A program made the position numbers and the translations under genes. A DNA stretch of 64,000 nucleotides from Spizellomyces punctatus DAOM BR117 (Eukaryota). Below, one piece after another: positions 25,477 to 37,300 of the stretch. How positions within the stretch are numbered: position 1 is the first letter of the stretch; every line of letters starts with the position of its first letter. The DNA lies in NCBI GenBank assembly GCA_000182565.2, contig KQ257451.1; one strand, 5' to 3'. The notes under the pieces are model-generated. The model had not been told where the DNA came from. It saw only the letters and a program-made list of their open reading frames with translations, and made no database searches.

Positions 25477-27132
25477 TCAATGCTCACAAAGTGAAAACTG
25501 CCTCTCAAACATCTCGTCGTTATTTTTGCCGACAAAATACTTTCGCTCCTTCATCAGCTCCTCCCGAAATACCTTGGCCTCCTTCAATGTCATGCGCCCC
25601 GGGACGTTCTCCACAATAGTTTCCGTCACGAAATCGGGCAGATTCCTGAAAGGTGCGCCAACAGTATCGGCCACCTCATGACGGAACCATTCATCCTGTT
25701 GCGGTGGAACGCGCTTCGTGGAGACGATTCGCTTGGACGGATCGACGAGGAAGAACACGAGGATTTTACGATGACCTGGCTTTGTTGGGTCGATAAGAGA
25801 AAAGGAGTCGAGTTTATGCTGGTAAATGTTTGGAAAGGCGATGCAACGGGACTGAGGCGTTTCAATGCTGCCGAGGTCTTGGTTGAGAGCCTCTTCGTCA
25901 GCCAACCCGTATATCATTTCAACACCTCGGTTGTCATTCTGCTCATAGTCGGGTTCGCAGACTGCCACTCGGAAGCCGAGTGATGATAGTGTCGTATTTT
26001 CAACAGAGTAATAGTATATACCCGATGCAATGATTTTCTCATTCATCATACCTTCCACGTGCCACACCCCACCGGGATACGTAGGATTTTCGGGAGTGAG
26101 ATATATAGAAGCAAGCTTGACTATAACTTGAAGGCGGCGGTTGTTGAGTGTGACAACGCGCTCGGCAGGCGAAGGAGGCTGATAGGTCGGAACAGTGGGA
26201 CTTATTGGTGTTCGAGTCATCCACCATTCTTCGTGGGCTTCGTCGTACGCTTCATCGTCTAATTCGTCAGGATCGGGTTCACCAGTGTACCAATTAAATG
26301 GGTCTACTTTGATGACATTGTCGCGGGGATTGCGAAGGTCCGTCAAGACGTTGTTGAAAAGGGGCACAAACCGTGAAAAAATCTCCGCTATAGTCTGATA
26401 CAACGGTTTGTGCAGTCGGGGATGAAGGTTGTTGATGTAGGAAGTAATACCAGTTGTACCATCGTCCCGGACAACAAACTCGCTAGGAAGCCATTGAAAC
26501 TTTTCAGAATACCAGTACTTTTCTCCATAGCTATCCTTTTGCAGTGGTTGAATCGCGACTGCTTCTGTTGTCCCCCCACCCATAAACTGCTGCCATGTCA
26601 GTTTCCCCGCTTCCTCTTCGGTGTATCCTCGAGTGACGTCGCTAACTAGAGGGAACAAAGAGGGATGGACAAGATCCAGCACCTGATTGTTTGATCCTGG
26701 ATGCCAATCTTTTCGATGCTCAGGCACATTCTCCAGAGCTTTGACCTGCTCTACCAACTTGGCCTCAAGCTCTGGGGAGATGAGTTTATCGGCAAGATGG
26801 ATACCATAAACTCCAAACCGCGTGGGTGCGTGAACAGCGTCATGCTTCAACTCTTCGAGCACATACTCAAAAGCGCCCTCTGCGATACCCCCTTGCGCAT
26901 CCAATTCTTTCCGCCATTTTGACACAATTTCCTCGTTGTGAATTTTGGAGGTCCAGTTGGGCTTATTCCGAAGCGCGTTGGACAGTGATATGAGTGACAG
27001 CTCGAGAAGGGTCTTGGGCGGATCCCCTGAACCGTAGTCGTCAAAGTACTGCTTTTCCTGACCATCTGTGGTATAGAACGGACTTGGGATCCCCGATAGA
27101 TCGGAGTTGTCGGCAGGGATATTGGCTGCCAT
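25477..27132 (-). CDS. DUF4246-family protein, intronless
   Basis: Family-like motifs DWHPGSNNQVLDLVHPSLFP, FQWLPSEF, SYINNLHP, LQVIVKLASIYLTPE, GGVWHVEGMMNE, FPNIYQHK, GHRKILVFFLVDP and C-terminal FSLCEH. Confidence 0.88.
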   Translation of the reverse strand: MAANIPADNSDLSGIPSPFYTTDGQEKQYFDDYGSGDPPKTLLELSLISLSNALRNKPNWTSKIHNEEIVSKWRKELDAQGGIAEGAFEYVLEELKHDAVHAPTRFGVYGIHLADKLISPELEAKLVEQVKALENVPEHRKDWHPGSNNQVLDLVHPSLFPLVSDVTRGYTEEEAGKLTWQQFMGGGTTEAVAIQPLQKDSYGEKYWYSEKFQWLPSEFVVRDDGTTGITSYINNLHPRLHKPLYQTIAEIFSRFVPLFNNVLTDLRNPRDNVIKVDPFNWYTGEPDPDELDDEAYDEAHEEWWMTRTPISPTVPTYQPPSPAERVVTLNNRRLQVIVKLASIYLTPENPTYPGGVWHVEGMMNEKIIASGIYYYSVENTTLSSLGFRVAVCEPDYEQNDNRGVEMIYGLADEEALNQDLGSIETPQSRCIAFPNIYQHKLDSFSLIDPTKPGHRKILVFFLVDPSKRIVSTKRVPPQQDEWFRHEVADTVGAPFRNLPDFVTETIVENVPGRMTLKEAKVFREELMKERKYFVGKNNDEMFERQFSLCEH

Positions 27133-27731
27133 TTTAGAGATCGTCCTGATGGACAGGTAAACCAAGGCGAAGCACGATGAACCGCTTCCACGTGTCGCTG
27201 CTTATGTCACCGTGCAACTTTAATTCCGTGTTTGTTTCCATCAAAGCTTACTTTTAGAGTATGCAATACACGTATGATGAGCGATCACAGAGATAGCCTA
27301 CGTATCAAGTAGAACTACAGTCCGAACTGATGCTTTTCACGGAGTAGCGATGGCAACTTTATACTTTTATGCTGCTTGGGATCATTGAAAGTGCAATTAA
27401 ACATTTGATGTCAGCTTGTCAACTTGCTACTCTATGTACATGCCACCTGTTGAAAGAAGTTGACCGTTTCATGCTTGGCTAGCTTAACTTTCTTACGGTT
27501 ACTTTGAGGTAACTTGATATGAGGATTTTTGTGCTTGGCCAATTCTTCTGCTGTACAGTACTGTACAGTAAGTGCATAAAATGACCGCGCACCACGTGAC
27601 CGCACATGACAGTTCCCTGGGTGAGTGGAGCTGTCACGTGTAGTCACATGGGGGTCCCAGTATACCTGCAAATGCTGTACATAGTGTAGAGGTGATTGAA
27701 AATGGCACTAGGACCCATTATTATCCGGCTC

Positions 27732-28429
27732 AATCCGGTTAATCATATCGCATAATCAGAACCCCCATCCATCGCTCAGATTGGTGTGGCATGCTAATGT
27801 TTTTTTTTTAAACTGCGGTGAGGCGCATGCCAAAGGTCTACAAAAGGGGAGTCTTCTGTCTCTTCCCTCTTTCCTCTTCCTCTTTACCCATCCTCGACTC
27901 TCAAAGCATCTGCACAACTCTCATTGCGACCCACATTGCAACCTCATCGCGACTCGGTCAACCATGAGAACGCCGATGTGGTGGTGTCGAGGACCTCGAC
28001 CGCCCGACAGCAACCGTGACCAGAACCAGTGGCAACCAATCGGATCTGATAACAAAACCTACTATTATGCTGCCACATTAGTTGAGCTTGGTTGGTATGT
28101 ATTGATGGCATTTCTTGCATTTCTTGTCATCGGGTCATCTTCTGACATGCAGTTTTTTTCTCTAGTCTCCAAGCCTTGTCACTGAACATCCTCCAGCTTG
28201 CGAGTCTCCCCAATGTTGCGAAGACTCTGGCTTCAATGCCATCAAGAGTTCTGGATCAAGGCCTAGTAGGGACCGTGTGTGGTGGTGGGCAATTATCCGG
28301 TTAGAACCAACCGTTACGAATTGCGTGTATAATTGCCTAGTAGTACTTAGTTAGCTTTTCCGAACCGGTTGTCGCCGGTTTATTCCCTGGTGTAGTAGCT
28401 AGTGCCAGTTTCTGTCACCTAATACACTA
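27732..28429 (+). repeat. Dispersed ~700-bp repeat, copy B (inverted relative to copy A)
   Basis: Reverse complement of ~132-822 with scattered substitutions and small indels. Confidence 0.85.
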
Positions 28430-29051
28430 ACTTTTTGAGTGAGATTTGTTGACTATTGCCAGTGACGAGTTAGCTAAAAACAAGACTTGAAAGCCAAGAT
28501 GGTAGTAACTTGGCAAGCATCAAGGCTTCCATGTCTTTTAAGAAGTAGTTGGAAATAATTGCGTTTTCTTGGCTTGTTTGGATTCACCGGACCCAAATAC
28601 TACTTCTGTATTCGGAGCGACCGGACGTTCAACAAAATCGACCCTTCCGAAAATATCGCGACCCTGAAGACCAAGGTATGCTTATTTGTGATTATAAATA
28701 AAGCATAGAGTTTTGTTTATTTAGACTCTTTAAGTTTAGCCAAAAACAGTGACAGACATTGCTACCTTGGCATCTCCGAAAAAAGCTGGATGGTGCCGAT
28801 TTTTGAAATTCCAACTGACAAAATAAAGACATGGTTTTTGTGAAATATACCTGTGTTACTGTTATTCGGAGGATGGCTCCAGAGCGGTGTTCGTCTGTTC
28901 GGGTGGTTAACAGCTAAATTGCTGCTCGGCTGAGGCTTTGTTGTTTTGATGTCGTCCATGCCCGACGAGGAAGGGCGCTTATGGGTGAGGAAATTGGCGC
29001 CAAGAGGAATGGAGAACTTGAAGATGATCATCGTCCTTGATGGTCTCTGTC

Positions 29052-29058
29052 TATAAAA
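29052..29058 (+). promoter_or_regulatory. TATA box of the adhesin-like gene
   Basis: TATAAAA followed by a pyrimidine-rich leader with no ATG until 29485. Confidence 0.5.
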
Positions 29059-29484
29059 GCACTACCCAATCTCTGTCCCATTCTATCATTCGCAACTTTT
29101 ACTCGCTCTTGCAACTTTCTCTTTAACTTTCCTTTTCGGATCATACCCCATCTGAATCCTGCTTTCTGCTCGTCAAATACCAGCTTTTGTTCTGTTTCAA
29201 GCTTGTTATACCTTGTCAACTACTCGTTATCTGGACCTATCAATACCATTTCATACCCACTTTCGTATTCTTGTTCAGCATAACCTGAACGAATCCCGTA
29301 CATCTTGGATATCTGCTTTACGATCCGAACTCTACATCACCGCTACCTTGTGGTGACATCCAGTGCACTATATTCCTGCCTAAAACTTTTGAGATACCTT
29401 TCGGATTTACTTATACCAGAACGTAAAAGTTCACTTACATCGCGAAGAAAACCGTAACAAAAGCTTTTAAAAAACATCAAGAAA

Positions 29485-32400
29485 ATGGCCAACGTTGCTC
29501 CTACCCTCGCTAGTGCTGATGCCTCTGTGATGTAAGTTTTGCAATTGTAGACCTTACCTTGCATGGGCATTTATTAATCTTTTCTTTCCTAGTATGCCTC
29601 TGGCAACCGCCACTGGCTTCACAGCCAGTTTGACCGTTACTGACCCCGACAGTAACATCCAGGAAGCTACCGTTTCCGTCAGCGGAGGTTACACGGCCGG
29701 TGATCAGCTCTTCTTCACCGGTACTCTTCCTGTGGGAATGACCGCCGGCAACTCCAACGGATTGGCAGCGGATTCTACCAACGCAGATGGAGTGTTGAAA
29801 TTCGCTGGCTCTTTAACTCCAGCGGATTATCAGACTATTTTGCAGACGATTACTCTCAAATCGTCCAGCAAAGACTGTGCTCCGAGAACTGTCACAATTA
29901 CGGCCACAGATGTCCCTGGCGCGGTTTCTGCTGCGACCACCACAACATTCGACATCAGCGGTGCTCCTTCTATTTGCTATGTTGCTGGAAATACACTGTG
30001 AGTGATTAGGACATCCTTTGATTATACATAGGGAAATGCTGTGAAATAACATCCTTTTACTTTCAACAGTATTGGAGATAACAATGCTGCGGGCGTCACT
30101 CCAATTTCTGGCGCTACTCTCTACGATGACACTGCCTTGAAGTCAGTCAGCATCGCCATCACCGAAGTCGACGCTGGCGACTTACTCTCAGTCGACCTTA
30201 CAGGCATTGCGGACCTCACTGTTGGCACCGGCTATGACAGTACGACAAGAACTTTGACGATCACACCTGTCGCACCGGCCACTACGGTTGCATATTCGAC
30301 TTTCCAATCGGCACTGCGCGGATTGAAATTCAGCAGCACGGGTGCCCTCGGTACTAGGACCTTGACTGTGACTGCCACCGATGCCAACGATTTGGTGCAG
30401 ACGTCGTCGACTTTCACAGTTCAAAAGGTTGCTGCGCCTGTGATCGCTGCACAGGATACTAGCGCTATGTAAGTTCCGCAATGACACCGTATACAGGAAA
30501 TATGAGTATATTCTTATCATCTGCCACAGAGCAAACGCAGACGCCGCGCCCGTCTCATTTGCCTCTCAAGTTGCGATCTCAGATGCTGATTCCACCCAGC
30601 TAAGCAGCCTTACAATCCGTGTAAGCAATAACGCTTCAGCTCAGGACACCCTTGATGTTGACCTTGGGTCTGCTGTTCCTATGCTTACAAAAACCTGGAA
30701 TTCCGTGGAGCGCAAGCTTACGGTGTCGGGACCGGGGACCATGGCCGACTACCAGACAGTCCTTCGTACATTGACATTCTCGACTACCAACTTAGGCCCC
30801 GGCCAGAGGACAATTGAGATTCAAGCCTTTGATTCAGACCTAATTGGCTCTACTCCAGTGTCCAGTTATATCACTCTGAACGTGCCCCCGACCATTGCCC
30901 CGTTGACCGCTCAGTCCATCCGTGCCCACTTTGGCTCAGAGCCAATTCTCCCCAACATTACTCTAGGGGACAGCGATGGCACACAGCTCAAAACTGCCGT
31001 GGTCAGTATTGATGCAGGATACTTTGCCGGTGATGCCGTTATCGCCGCCGATTCCCTGTCTATAACGGGCAGTCCTAACATTACGGCCTCTGCGTTCAAC
31101 TCGTCCACTCTGTCGATGACACTCAGCGGTTCCGCGAACATTTCTGACTACCAAAATGTTCTCCAGACCTTGCAGCTGTCATCGTCCAAATCTGGTGCCA
31201 GGACGATTGGAATCAAAGTCATAGACATGGATGGAGGTGTTTCCGACGTTGCGCAATATACTGCAAATGTTTACGAGATTCCCCGTATCTCGATGGATTC
31301 TCGCCTTCTGTAAGTGCCAATCGTCATGGAAGGCGCAAAACTTTGGCTTATGATGCGCTTCTTTACTTTCCGTAGAATTAACGAAGGCACAACGGATGCC
31401 AAGCTCGCTCAGTACTTGTCATTGGCCGACCCCGACAGTGGTCAACTAAAATCAGTTACCGCCGAGTTGACAGGCTACATCCCCGATGTCATCAATGGTA
31501 CGATCGCAGAGGGAAGCGCTATAACTAGCGTCATCGAGGGGTCGAAAGTGACCTTTAGCGGTCTTGCCCCGTTGAGCGAATACCAATCTCTTCTGCGTAC
31601 CCTTGTTCTGGGCTCAGCGCAAAGAGGCTCTGGGTCCCGAATTCTCTCTATCAAAGCAAAGGATGATACCGATATGGAGTCTCTGATGGCGACAACCAAC
31701 ATAAAGATCAACAGCGCTCCAACCATTGCTTTGCCCAATTCATACCTTGCTTACGAGCATGGTCAATCCTTCATTCCACTTCTCTCTGGTGTGCAGTTGG
31801 CTGATGTGGACAACACCGTCATCTCCGAGGCCGTTATCCGCATTTCACCTCTTCGTCACAACGCTACCACCGACAGTCTCTCGTACGCGGGTGGTTGTGC
31901 ATCAGGACTTAGCGGTTGGTTCGACAAGGCAGCTGGTACCCTTACATTCCAATCGGTTGGGCCGGTAGACAATTACGCCAATGTTGGCGCATCCCTCTCC
32001 GGATTGCAAGACTGTTTACGCACGGTTAACTTTGCTACAACGAGCCTGAGCGAGTACACACATGAACTAGAGCTCAGTGTCTCGGATGGGGCTGCCACGT
32101 CACAGATAACGACAGTGAAAGTTGTCCCATTCTCCAAGTCCGTCACCAGTGTGCCCGATGCTGGGACGAATAGCACTCAAGTCCCAACGAGCATCGTCAT
32201 TCCTGTCACGCAATCCAGTACCCAGCACCGGATTGCGCCCCAAGTCTCAATCCCTCCCAGCATGACTAGCATGCAGATGGCCAAAGCATACATAACGGAA
32301 GGGTATATCCGAGGTGAAGATACTCTTGTGCTTAACAATACTGCTCCAGCAATCAATCAGACGGCTACCCTCCGCAAACGTGCCGTCGAGGACATCACCG

Positions 32401-33059
32401 CAGCCTTTGATCCCGTCGAGGGTTCGTTGACCTTGACCGGCAGCGCCGCTCCGGCCGATTTCCAGTCAGCGCTGCGCAATGTACACTACGCAAGCCTTGT
32501 GGAGACTCCCTCTACGACAAACAAGGTATTTGGGTTTGTGGTTTCCGATGGAGCGAATCTTGTGGCGTTGCCTGTCACCAAGTTGAAGATCAACAGAGCG
32601 CCAACGGTTGTTCATACGTAAGTCACTGGCATGCTCGTGCGTTCTGAAAAACTTTTAGTTTTAACCGAATTCAACAGTCCACAGGATTACAGCTACTACC
32701 CCAATACTCCCTTCACATTCCAAGTCGACAGCAACCGCACATTTGCTGACCTTGACGGCGACGCTCTGACCATATCCGCCAGCTCCCTCCCAACATGGGT
32801 AACCTTTGACGCAACCACAAACATGTTTGCAGGCGTCACCCCCGCCACGATCGGCAACACCGATATTGCCGTGGAAGCCTCAGATGGATTCGCCTCAGTC
32901 GGAACGTCATTCAAACTCCAGGTGGAGCCTGCTCCCGCCTCGTCAAACAAGAGCGGAAAGATTGCTGGAGGTGTGATCGGGTCGGTTGCTGGATTGGCGG
33001 TTGTAGGGTTGGGTATGTGGATGTACCGAAAGAAGAGGTCGCATTTGTCCGCAGTTTAG
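29485..33059 (+). CDS. Large adhesin-like membrane protein (~1084 aa): 7 Ig/cadherin-like repeats, one He_PIG/CADG-like domain, C-terminal TM helix
   Basis: Exons 29485-29531, 29593-29997, 30070-30468, 30530-31309, 31376-32617 and 32678-33059 splice in frame (3255 nt). Repeat consensus N.AP...l.lsD.DS..L..atv.i..gy...D.L....g.LTlsG..s.adYQ.vLrtl. TM GVIGSVAGLAVVGLGMWMY followed by RKKR. Confidence 0.88.
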
Positions 33060-34333
33060 AACCTTGAACGCTTGCAAAAACCGGAAAAAACCAGAAAAAA
33101 GAAAACGAAACTAACAAAAACGACTACCTTAAAACTTAGAACCAGAAAAAAAAAGGCAAAAAAAAGAATCTAGCACGTAGAGTACAAAGTTGTTTGTGGC
33201 GGATATAACTTTAAACAAAAATAAAAAAATATGACTTTTACTATATCTCTTCTGCCATTGCCCATCAGTAAATAAAGGATACACTCCTAGGTTACCTTCA
33301 CTTGATACCTAGGTATCAGGAATAGATTGACCATTCCCATTCATCAGATCAGCTTCATACGAATCAATGTGCTGAAAACAGTCAAGGGTGTGGGAAGCAC
33401 TTGTCACTCCTCGACTGACCACACGGCTGTAAGCATCTTCTTCTTTGGCTATCGCCCTGTCTTCATTCTGCGAATCAGCGTCAAGTTTATCTTGTCCGTT
33501 ATGGGCTCGTTAACATTATTCATATTTTTATAAGAATAAGTTGATTCCGCAAAGAAGATGGGCATATACAAAGGATATTCATCATGCGATAGGAAGGAGG
33601 ATGTTGACAAATTTGGAACCTTAAAGTCTTTTCTCCGCAATAAATCGTTCTCAGAATCCTCTGCTTCATCCTGTTCGTAATGATATTTGAAGCCTTATAT
33701 GAGCGGTGACACTTGCACATCCTTTCCGTACAAGGAAATAGGCTTCTCAAATTGTCGGCCTGTGATACTCCCGATATGTTCTGGTACTGTGCTCGAGTGC
33801 TTTCTAAATAATCTCTCGAGCGAGTTACAGAACAAGCGCATACAGGTTCTCCTGAGCGGGATAATAGTCAAACTTTATGAGCGCATCTTGGTCAAAATCA
33901 TGTTCATAACTGCTTTTCGACAATTTCAAAATATTCAATGATGTGGTCAGGCGTAAGAGCCGCGCACGAAGACGTGGGCATATGAAAGTTGGTAAGGAAT
34001 TCGTAGCCAAGTCTAGGTGGCTTACAACGAGTAATGAGACTAATCTTCATATACAGTGAAGTGGGCATCACTGTAAACGACATGATTTCGGATTGGACCA
34101 CTTGACGAGTTGAATTCTGGATGAAGATTTACACCATATAACGCCTTCCTCACCTGCGAACCGTTGAATATGCCAGGTTTGTGTACTCGGCACAGAAAGT
34201 ATGTAAACCAAGGGTGGCAGGAAGTCATAGGGAAAGTCATGGGCATGGAAACGCTCAACATGCAGGAAAGGTGAGGTGACCGAGCTTGTCCAAAAACATC
34301 CTCCTTTTCTTTGTACATGTATGCCATAACCTA

Positions 34334-37300
34334 TCACACATTGACCAGTGACGACAGAGACCTACTGCTTTTACTTCCAGCCCTTCTCGAATAAACTCCA
34401 TCCTCCTCAACCGCGTGTCCCAGCAACGTACTACCCTCATCCCCCTTTCTTCTCCTCTCCTTTCGTCTCACAAGAGTCTCATCATGCACAGCACCAATAA
34501 TAGATCCCTGCGAGATACCAATATCCGTCGTGTCATTCAAGGGGCGTTCAGAAGAGTCGGAAGGGGATGTTGATGGTGCGGGGGAAGGATTTGAAGGTGG
34601 GACGAGGTCGTGGAGGGATTGTCGGACGAGGGAGATGAGAGCTGATACTTGTTTTTTACGGGATGCGAGTTTTTCGTCCAGAGGTGTTTGGGTGGGGTGT
34701 TTTGGTGGGCGGGTTGTGACGGGTTTGACGATAGGATGAGAGAGGGGGTCCTATGTTTTGCGTAGATCAGTATACATTCGGTTTGGCAGAGAAAGCACGG
34801 TTGAAAAAAAACATGCTGAGAGAACGAACCTGATCTTCCCCTTCAACCCACTTCCACACTCCAACCGGTGTCCGTTCTCCAAAACTCACAAAGCACACCA
34901 TGTGCTCCCATGGATGAAATCCGACATCCACTACAGTGGTACCCACCTCGTATACTTTTACTGTTTTTCCTGTATCCGTTTCCCAGACCATAACCCGGGA
35001 ATCTTCCGTCCCACTCAGGACATAGGAGCCGCAGGGTGTATAGGTTGGTCTGATAAAGGTTGTATGCGTGGTTGTTGTTGGTGCGCCGGTGTAGGTTGTT
35101 AGGATGCGGTAGACTCTGGTGTCGAGGGTGTGCAGGGTGTGTGTGGAGAGGTGTACGAGGATCCTTCGATTGTGTGGATGGAGTTTGAGAGTTGTGATGG
35201 GTGTGCCCTAGTTACATACATACATTGTCAACCCTGTTTGATGGAGCGCACCCATGATAAACCAAAAATACTAAAAAAAACATACCTGAAATCCTCCATA
35301 TTTTTTCACACAAACAAACCCGCCCTCTCCAGTCTCCTCACTCCAAACCCGAATCATACCTTCCCCATCCGCACTAAACAACCGGCCGGAAGCATCAAAG
35401 ACAACGCTGTTTACGTTCTTCTCGTGTCCACGGAGGATTTGTGTGGGGAGGGGATCGAGGTGCGATTTACGGGTGTGGTGCAGAGAGTAGATGCGAATGA
35501 GGGTGTCGTAGCATCCTGTTGCTATTCGATTTGTGTGCGAATTGGGTGATGTAGCGGTGGGATGAGATGGGCTGTGGAATGCGTGTTGGTGGGCATATGT
35601 TGGATGAAAGGTTGCTGTGTAAACGTAGGACGGATGATGAAGAATCAAGGAGGGAGCACTGGGGGGAAAAGACCACACGCGGACCGACCCGTCCGATGAT
35701 GCAGAGACAAGCTCACTAAACCACAAAAGTCAACAATCTCTACTTTAGGGCGCAAAAACTTTATTAATAGATACCTATCATCTCGGGCCCAATTCACCTC
35801 ATAAACCAAATCAGCATGCCCAGTGAGGACCGCCACGCGTTCCGCGGTCAAGACACGGTAAACCTTGATCGGGTATCCACTCTCATCCATGCAGGCTATA
35901 GCAAGGTACTGCCCACTATGCGAGAACGAGCAGGTAAAGGCTCCTCTATGGCCATGTTTGTTAATATTTAGTCTAATTAAACAGTACAACGGGGGACATA
36001 CTTTGTTCCTGAGTCAATACGGTAGAGAATGGTATTAGGGAGTTTGCACCGTTGTCCTTGTCGCCGACGCCATTGTGGGTGCTTTTGCTGTATAAAATAT
36101 CAGATATGAAGGCCGTTAGGCAACGTGGCGGGATGAATGTTCGTACCTGGGTAGGTGTCGAAACAAGAGGACTAGTAACCGATTCCCCAATCTGTCTTTT
36201 GGCATGGTACATATGCAGTAACTAGAACCAAACCCGTCAATTTCCCCCATTTTACGACAAAGGATACCCCCCAAAAAGCATGAATGCACGCACCTGTTCC
36301 AAGCTCTCCTTTCCAACCTCCACATCCGTTGGCAGAATAGCACGTCCAGTGACGTGTCGAGGTGGGAGGGGATGTCGACCGGATACAGTGACATACAATG
36401 TCGACTCAAATTTCTTTCGTTTCTTTGCTTGAAAGCAGCGGTAGACGAGAGGAATCGGGTCGGAAGGAGAGGATGGATGTGGGAAGAGTGGGTACTGGTA
36501 AAGCTGTAATCGCGCCTGTAAAGAATCAGACAGGATTGTGAGGTCCTATTTGGCTGCATGGTGTGGTCAAATACAAATAGTTTGTGTGAGGCGCACTTAC
36601 TTTTTGTTCTGTATTTGCCTTTTTTCCTGCGCTCACTAACTTGAGAAACCCCCACGCAATGCGACGGTACCCATCTGACTGTCCCCTAGTACCCACAAAA
36701 AAAAGGATTAATTTTACATATGTTTATTCATAAAATATCAGCCATAACGTACCTAATCACTGCTTTTCCGGTGACAAGTTCCAGTACCTCAAACATCACC
36801 ATGACGTTCTCAACGGAAAGAAGGTGGAGATAGCCTTCGTTGAACACGAGATCTTCTTCCCAAGCGGGTACGGTGGTTTGATGGTGCGGGAAGCTGAATG
36901 GCTTGGAGGGGAAATATTTGTTTTGGGTAAGACTGCAAGATAACCGAAAAAGAACATTTCAAAAAGTTATATACCTTTGTCATGGCGGGGAGGATATACG
37001 AAACATGATCGGGTTCATGCCGAGTCGTGACAGGTCGGTTTGGATCGGATTTGGGAATGTATTTACCTGTTTGTGCGTCTAGAAATAGTTTTTATAATTG
37101 AGCGTTTACTCAACTGTATGCACAAACAGCAACCAAAATGAACGTACCGAGAATGTGAACTCTTACCAAGGGTGCAGCAACCCGTGCATCTAGTTTGAAC
37201 CGATCAGCACCATGGATGCGTATATTGACAATAGAGTGTTCAAAATCCGATAACGGACGACTGAGATGCGAAAAAAGCGTATCAGGCTCAGATTGCGCAG

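Noticed and set aside
27274-27330. ATGATGA...CTGA as a box C/D snoRNA
   Set aside because: Short, with no convincing terminal stem, C'/D' boxes or recognisable guide.
27732-28429. Canonical solo LTR or hammerhead-bearing repeat
   Set aside because: No TG...CA termini with a 4-6-bp TSD, and no CTGANGA/GAAA core found.
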